This document shows, piece by piece, positions 60,946-64,000 of a stretch of DNA of 64,000 nucleotides (positions within the stretch are counted from its first letter, which is position 1; each line of letters starts with the position of its first letter). A program made the translations under genes and the position numbers. Source of the stretch: Narcine bancroftii. Its lineage: Eukaryota. The DNA is taken from positions 61,816,001 through 61,880,000 of the forward strand of contig NC_091480.1 of NCBI RefSeq assembly GCF_036971445.1, given 5' to 3'. The notes beneath the pieces are model-generated. The model was not told the origin of the DNA. It was given only the letters and a program-made list of their open reading frames with translations, and ran no database searches.

Positions 60946-62054
60946 CAGGGGTGTCAAACTCAAATTCACGGAGGGCCAAAATTAAAAACTTGGACTAAGT
61001 CGAGGGCCGAACTAAATATTTATTGAAAATTTTCAACAACATCTGCATGTTTTCTCTTCTTTCAACATATGTAATGTTAAACTTTTTCTTATTAAAATAA
61101 ATGTTTAATAATAGTTTTGGATAAACTTTTTCATTGTCATTGGCCCATTTCCTTTGGAGATCTGAAACCGTGGACATGACGAGTCAATGAGGGATGATTA
61201 AAGCAGTGGTCTTCAAACTTTTCTTCCCACCCACAGAGCACCTTAAGCAATCCCTTACTAATCACAGAGCACCAATGGCACAAGGACGCGAGTGGAAAGA
61301 AAAAGGTTGAGAACTGTTGTATTGTGGTAACTCCACATCTGATTAGGTTAATTGTTAGGAAAGTGGTCAGAGAAGGACCCCCCCCCCACCCCAAGAAAGG
61401 CTTAAATCACAGGAACAAAATAAGCTTCCGTCTCACTGCTCCCAATGTTACACACAGTCCTGATGTGGAATGTGGGGTCGCAGGTCCACGTTCACCCGAG
61501 TTCAGGTGCTGTCTGTGTGGAGTTTGTACGCTCTCCCCTTGTCTTGGACCAACAGGTCGGTCGCCTGACGAAGGCACCCGAACCCCCCGTTGAAACGCCA
61601 GCGTCCGGGGCGGTGGAGGAATTGGCTGAGAAGAGCGCGTTGCTCCCACCCCCCCTCCCATGGTTGGAGAGGGATTAAATTGCGATCTCACGGCGCCGGG
61701 CTCGTCCTCAACAAAAGGAGCGGGAGGCAGGGTCCGCCGCGCACGGAGCGAGGGGGAAGGCATCGCCAACGAGACGTTCGGTCCGGCGTCGCCGCTGAAG
61801 CGCAGACCCAGCGAGGATGGTCCCCAACTCCAGCCACGTCTGTGTGTCCGGGAGCCGGGCGGGCTGAGTGCGGCGCTCCGATCCCCGGGATTCGGGACTC
61901 TGAGATCCCTCCACACCTCAGGCGTCTTCATTTTCACCTTCAGTGTGCATGCGCTATACTGGCGCGGCGGCCAGCGGGCCAACGCTAATATATATTTAAT
62001 ATGATCTTGCGGGCCAAATATAATTATATCGGGGGCCAGAGTTTGACATGTGTG
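60946..62054. mobile_element. Non-autonomous hAT element, copy 2 (inverted relative to copy 1)
   Basis: Same two TIRs; 8-bp TSD TCCTAAGG (60938-60945, 62055-62062); the L1 reading frame rejoins across it. Confidence 0.92.
61204..61319. mobile_element. Small degenerate hAT-type MITE inside the hAT copy 2 interior
   Basis: Imperfect ~27-bp terminal inverted repeats CAGTGGTCTTCAAACTTTTCTTCCCAC vs CAACAGTTCTCAACCTTTTTCTTTCCAC. Confidence 0.5.
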
Positions 62055-62420
62055 TCCTAAGGTAAAGCCTTTTTGGGTGGATTTAGGGAATGTCTTAAAA
62101 CAAGTTACAGGCATTGTATTTCCACAAAACCCAGATTTATTTCTATTGGGGGGATATAGAAGGAACAAGACCCAAGTCGAAGTTATCAACATACCAAATG
62201 AAATTTGTTAAAATAGCATTAATAGTGGCAAGGAAGTGTAGTGCGTTGACCTGGAAATTGGATTAACATTTGGGTATGGGAAGATGGAAAGCAGAAATTC
62301 AAAGCTCTATCCCCTTGGAGAAAATTACATATAATTTAAGAAATAAATATGGTATATTTTTGCAAATTTGGAGCACGTATATGCAAGTATGTAGAGGTGT
62401 TCTTCCAGGCTCTTGAGACC

Positions 62421-64000
62421 TGTGTTAATCTTCCTCCATAATCTAATCACCGCGGCGGTGATCGAGCTGGTGCTCCAGGCGGTGAGTTCAACCAAAGGCC
62501 AGCAGCCCGCGCAGCAGCACTGGCCCCAACAAGTGAACCGGCGGGTGAATGGCAAGGGCAGCTTAAAGGCCAGCGACCCCAAAATGGCACTGGCCTTGCT
62601 GTGCAGCCAAAATACAGGGACACTGTACGGGGAAGGGCATTGTTATGCAGGAAAGTACTCACCCGTGGGAAACCCGCATTTGTTATGCCAAGGGGTGGCC
62701 ACAGTGGGAACAGTGCAAGTATAAAAGTCAGCCCTGAGCCCTAATAAAACTTAACCTGACTACACTATGTGTGTGTGTCTTCTTTCGAGTAATGCACAAC
62801 TACAATTGGTGACCCTGACTGTTTAGACGGCATCTAAACCCAGCAATAACCGAACAGGCAGCAGTCAATGTGGCCGCTCTCAAGTTGCCGACCTTCAAGA
62901 AGAATCAACCACGCGGTGGTTTGACCAGGCTGAGGCAGTTCCAGATCTGGCAGATCACAGCAGAATCCACCTGCTACTACAACATGGAGAGCGCCCTGGA
63001 CCAGGACACAGCAGGCCAAATGGCCAACTTCATCCAGGACCCCCCCATCGGAATGAGCGTGCACTGTCTTCAAAGACTTTCTGATCGAGGCCTTTGGGCT
63101 CTCAAGGCGCGAGAGAGGGGCACACATGCTCCACCTGGATAGGCTAGGGGACAGGCCCCCGTCAGCCCTCATGAACGAGATGCTGGCCCTCCTGGGCAAA
63201 CAAGAGCCCTGCATCATGTTTGAGCAAGCATTCCTGGAGCAACTGCCCGAGGTCATCCAACTGCTACTGGCTGACACAGATTTCAGTGACCCCTGGAAAG
63301 TCACAACATGATTGGACGTTCTATGGAAACTGAAGTGTGTTCGACATCCGTAGGGCTCATCACTAAACCCTGCAGCCAGACCCGTGCAGACCCGCCGAGA
63401 GAACAGCAGCGCCCAAGAGGAGGTGATTCAGATGACCAGTGGTGTTTCTACCACCAGAGATGGGGCACCGGAGCCCACTGGTGCAGGTTGTCATGTATGT
63501 TTCAGGGAAATGCTGGGGCCAGTCATCGCTAATGGCCATGATGGCTGGCCACCAAGACAGAGTCCTGTATTTTTGGGACCGCCAGTCTGGGCAACGCTTC
63601 CTTGTGGACACAGGAGCCCCCGTTGGAACAGAACACCAGGAAAAGGCAGTCGTGCCCCACGCTGAGGGCTGCCAACAACAGCACAATTTTGACCTACAGT
63701 ACCCGCAAGGTCAAACTGAAGTTGGGAGGCGGCCTCTTCTCGTGGGTGTTCACGCTGGCCGCAGTGGAACAGCTGCTTCACGGGTGCGGGTAGACTTCCT
63801 GTGCACCCATTGCCTGCTCATGGACCTCAAGGGATGAAGATTGGTCCACATCAAGACTTTTCAATCCTTCCCCCTCAAAGACACCAGGCTCCCAGGACTC
63901 CACCTGGACTCCGTACAGAGATTGGACGAGTACACCAGGGTCCTGGCCGAGTTCCCTGCAGTGCTCACCCCCCAATTCACCACAGTGATGACCAGAAATG
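62421..64000 (+). mobile_element. Ty3/Gypsy LTR retrotransposon, CsRn1-like lineage, degenerate, runs off the right edge
   Basis: 5' LTR ending TACA at 62804 (start uncertain) with TATAAAA and AATAAA; PBS TGGTGACCCTGAC (62807) complementary to tRNA-Trp 3' end. Gag LKLPTF, LGDRPPSALMNEMLAL and CX2HX9CX3C (63443-63496); protease FLVDTGA. Confidence 0.88.

Larger units (their letters stand above)
55135..62410 (+). mobile_element. Old L1 ORF2 3' fragment (55135-55802, 60836-60945, 62063-62410) split by two insertions
   Basis: Peptide FLHQLYLTP...QCFRC...TWSCPKVKPFWVDL...IPLEKITYNLR reassembles across both insertions. Confidence 0.8.

Noticed and set aside
61407..62192. 261-aa minus-strand ORF as a transposase or host gene
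   Set aside because: Crosses an L1/hAT boundary and GC-rich cargo; no hAT transposase motifs.
53971..64000. CCNT1 exons 1-2, or the 61550-61980 CpG patch as the CCNT1 promoter
   Set aside because: No SQLTINTAIVYMHRFY or exon-1 peptide found; the CpG patch lies inside a TSD-bounded transposon.

Overview
Vertebrate genomic DNA, most likely a cartilaginous fish (shark/ray) judging from the repeat spectrum (CR1, L1, RTE, Penelope, V-SINE) and the genes; roughly three quarters or more of the window is transposon-derived. There are two host genes in tail-to-tail arrangement. One is a claudin-12-family gene with a single coding exon on + (26263-27000) and a CCAAT-rich CpG promoter. The other is cyclin T1 (CCNT1) on -, for which coding exons 3-9 map exactly (53970 down to 30873); exons 1-2 lie beyond the right edge. 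Positions 1-23.8 kb are a nested stack of retroelements, nearly all on the minus strand, with resolvable TSDs. CCNT1 introns hold further L1, CR1, solo LTR, MITE, SINE and a CsRn1-type Gypsy. Best leads: (1) a divergent CLDN12 copy linked to CCNT1, a candidate second CLDN12 ohnologue; (2) two young hAT elements with near-identical ends and 8-bp TSDs but unrelated ~0.9-1 kb interiors resembling captured genomic DNA (Pack-type elements); (3) a much shortened CCNT1 tail; (4) an L1 family whose ORF1 may be extended by a -1 frameshift. Homology statements come from recalled sequences, not database searches.
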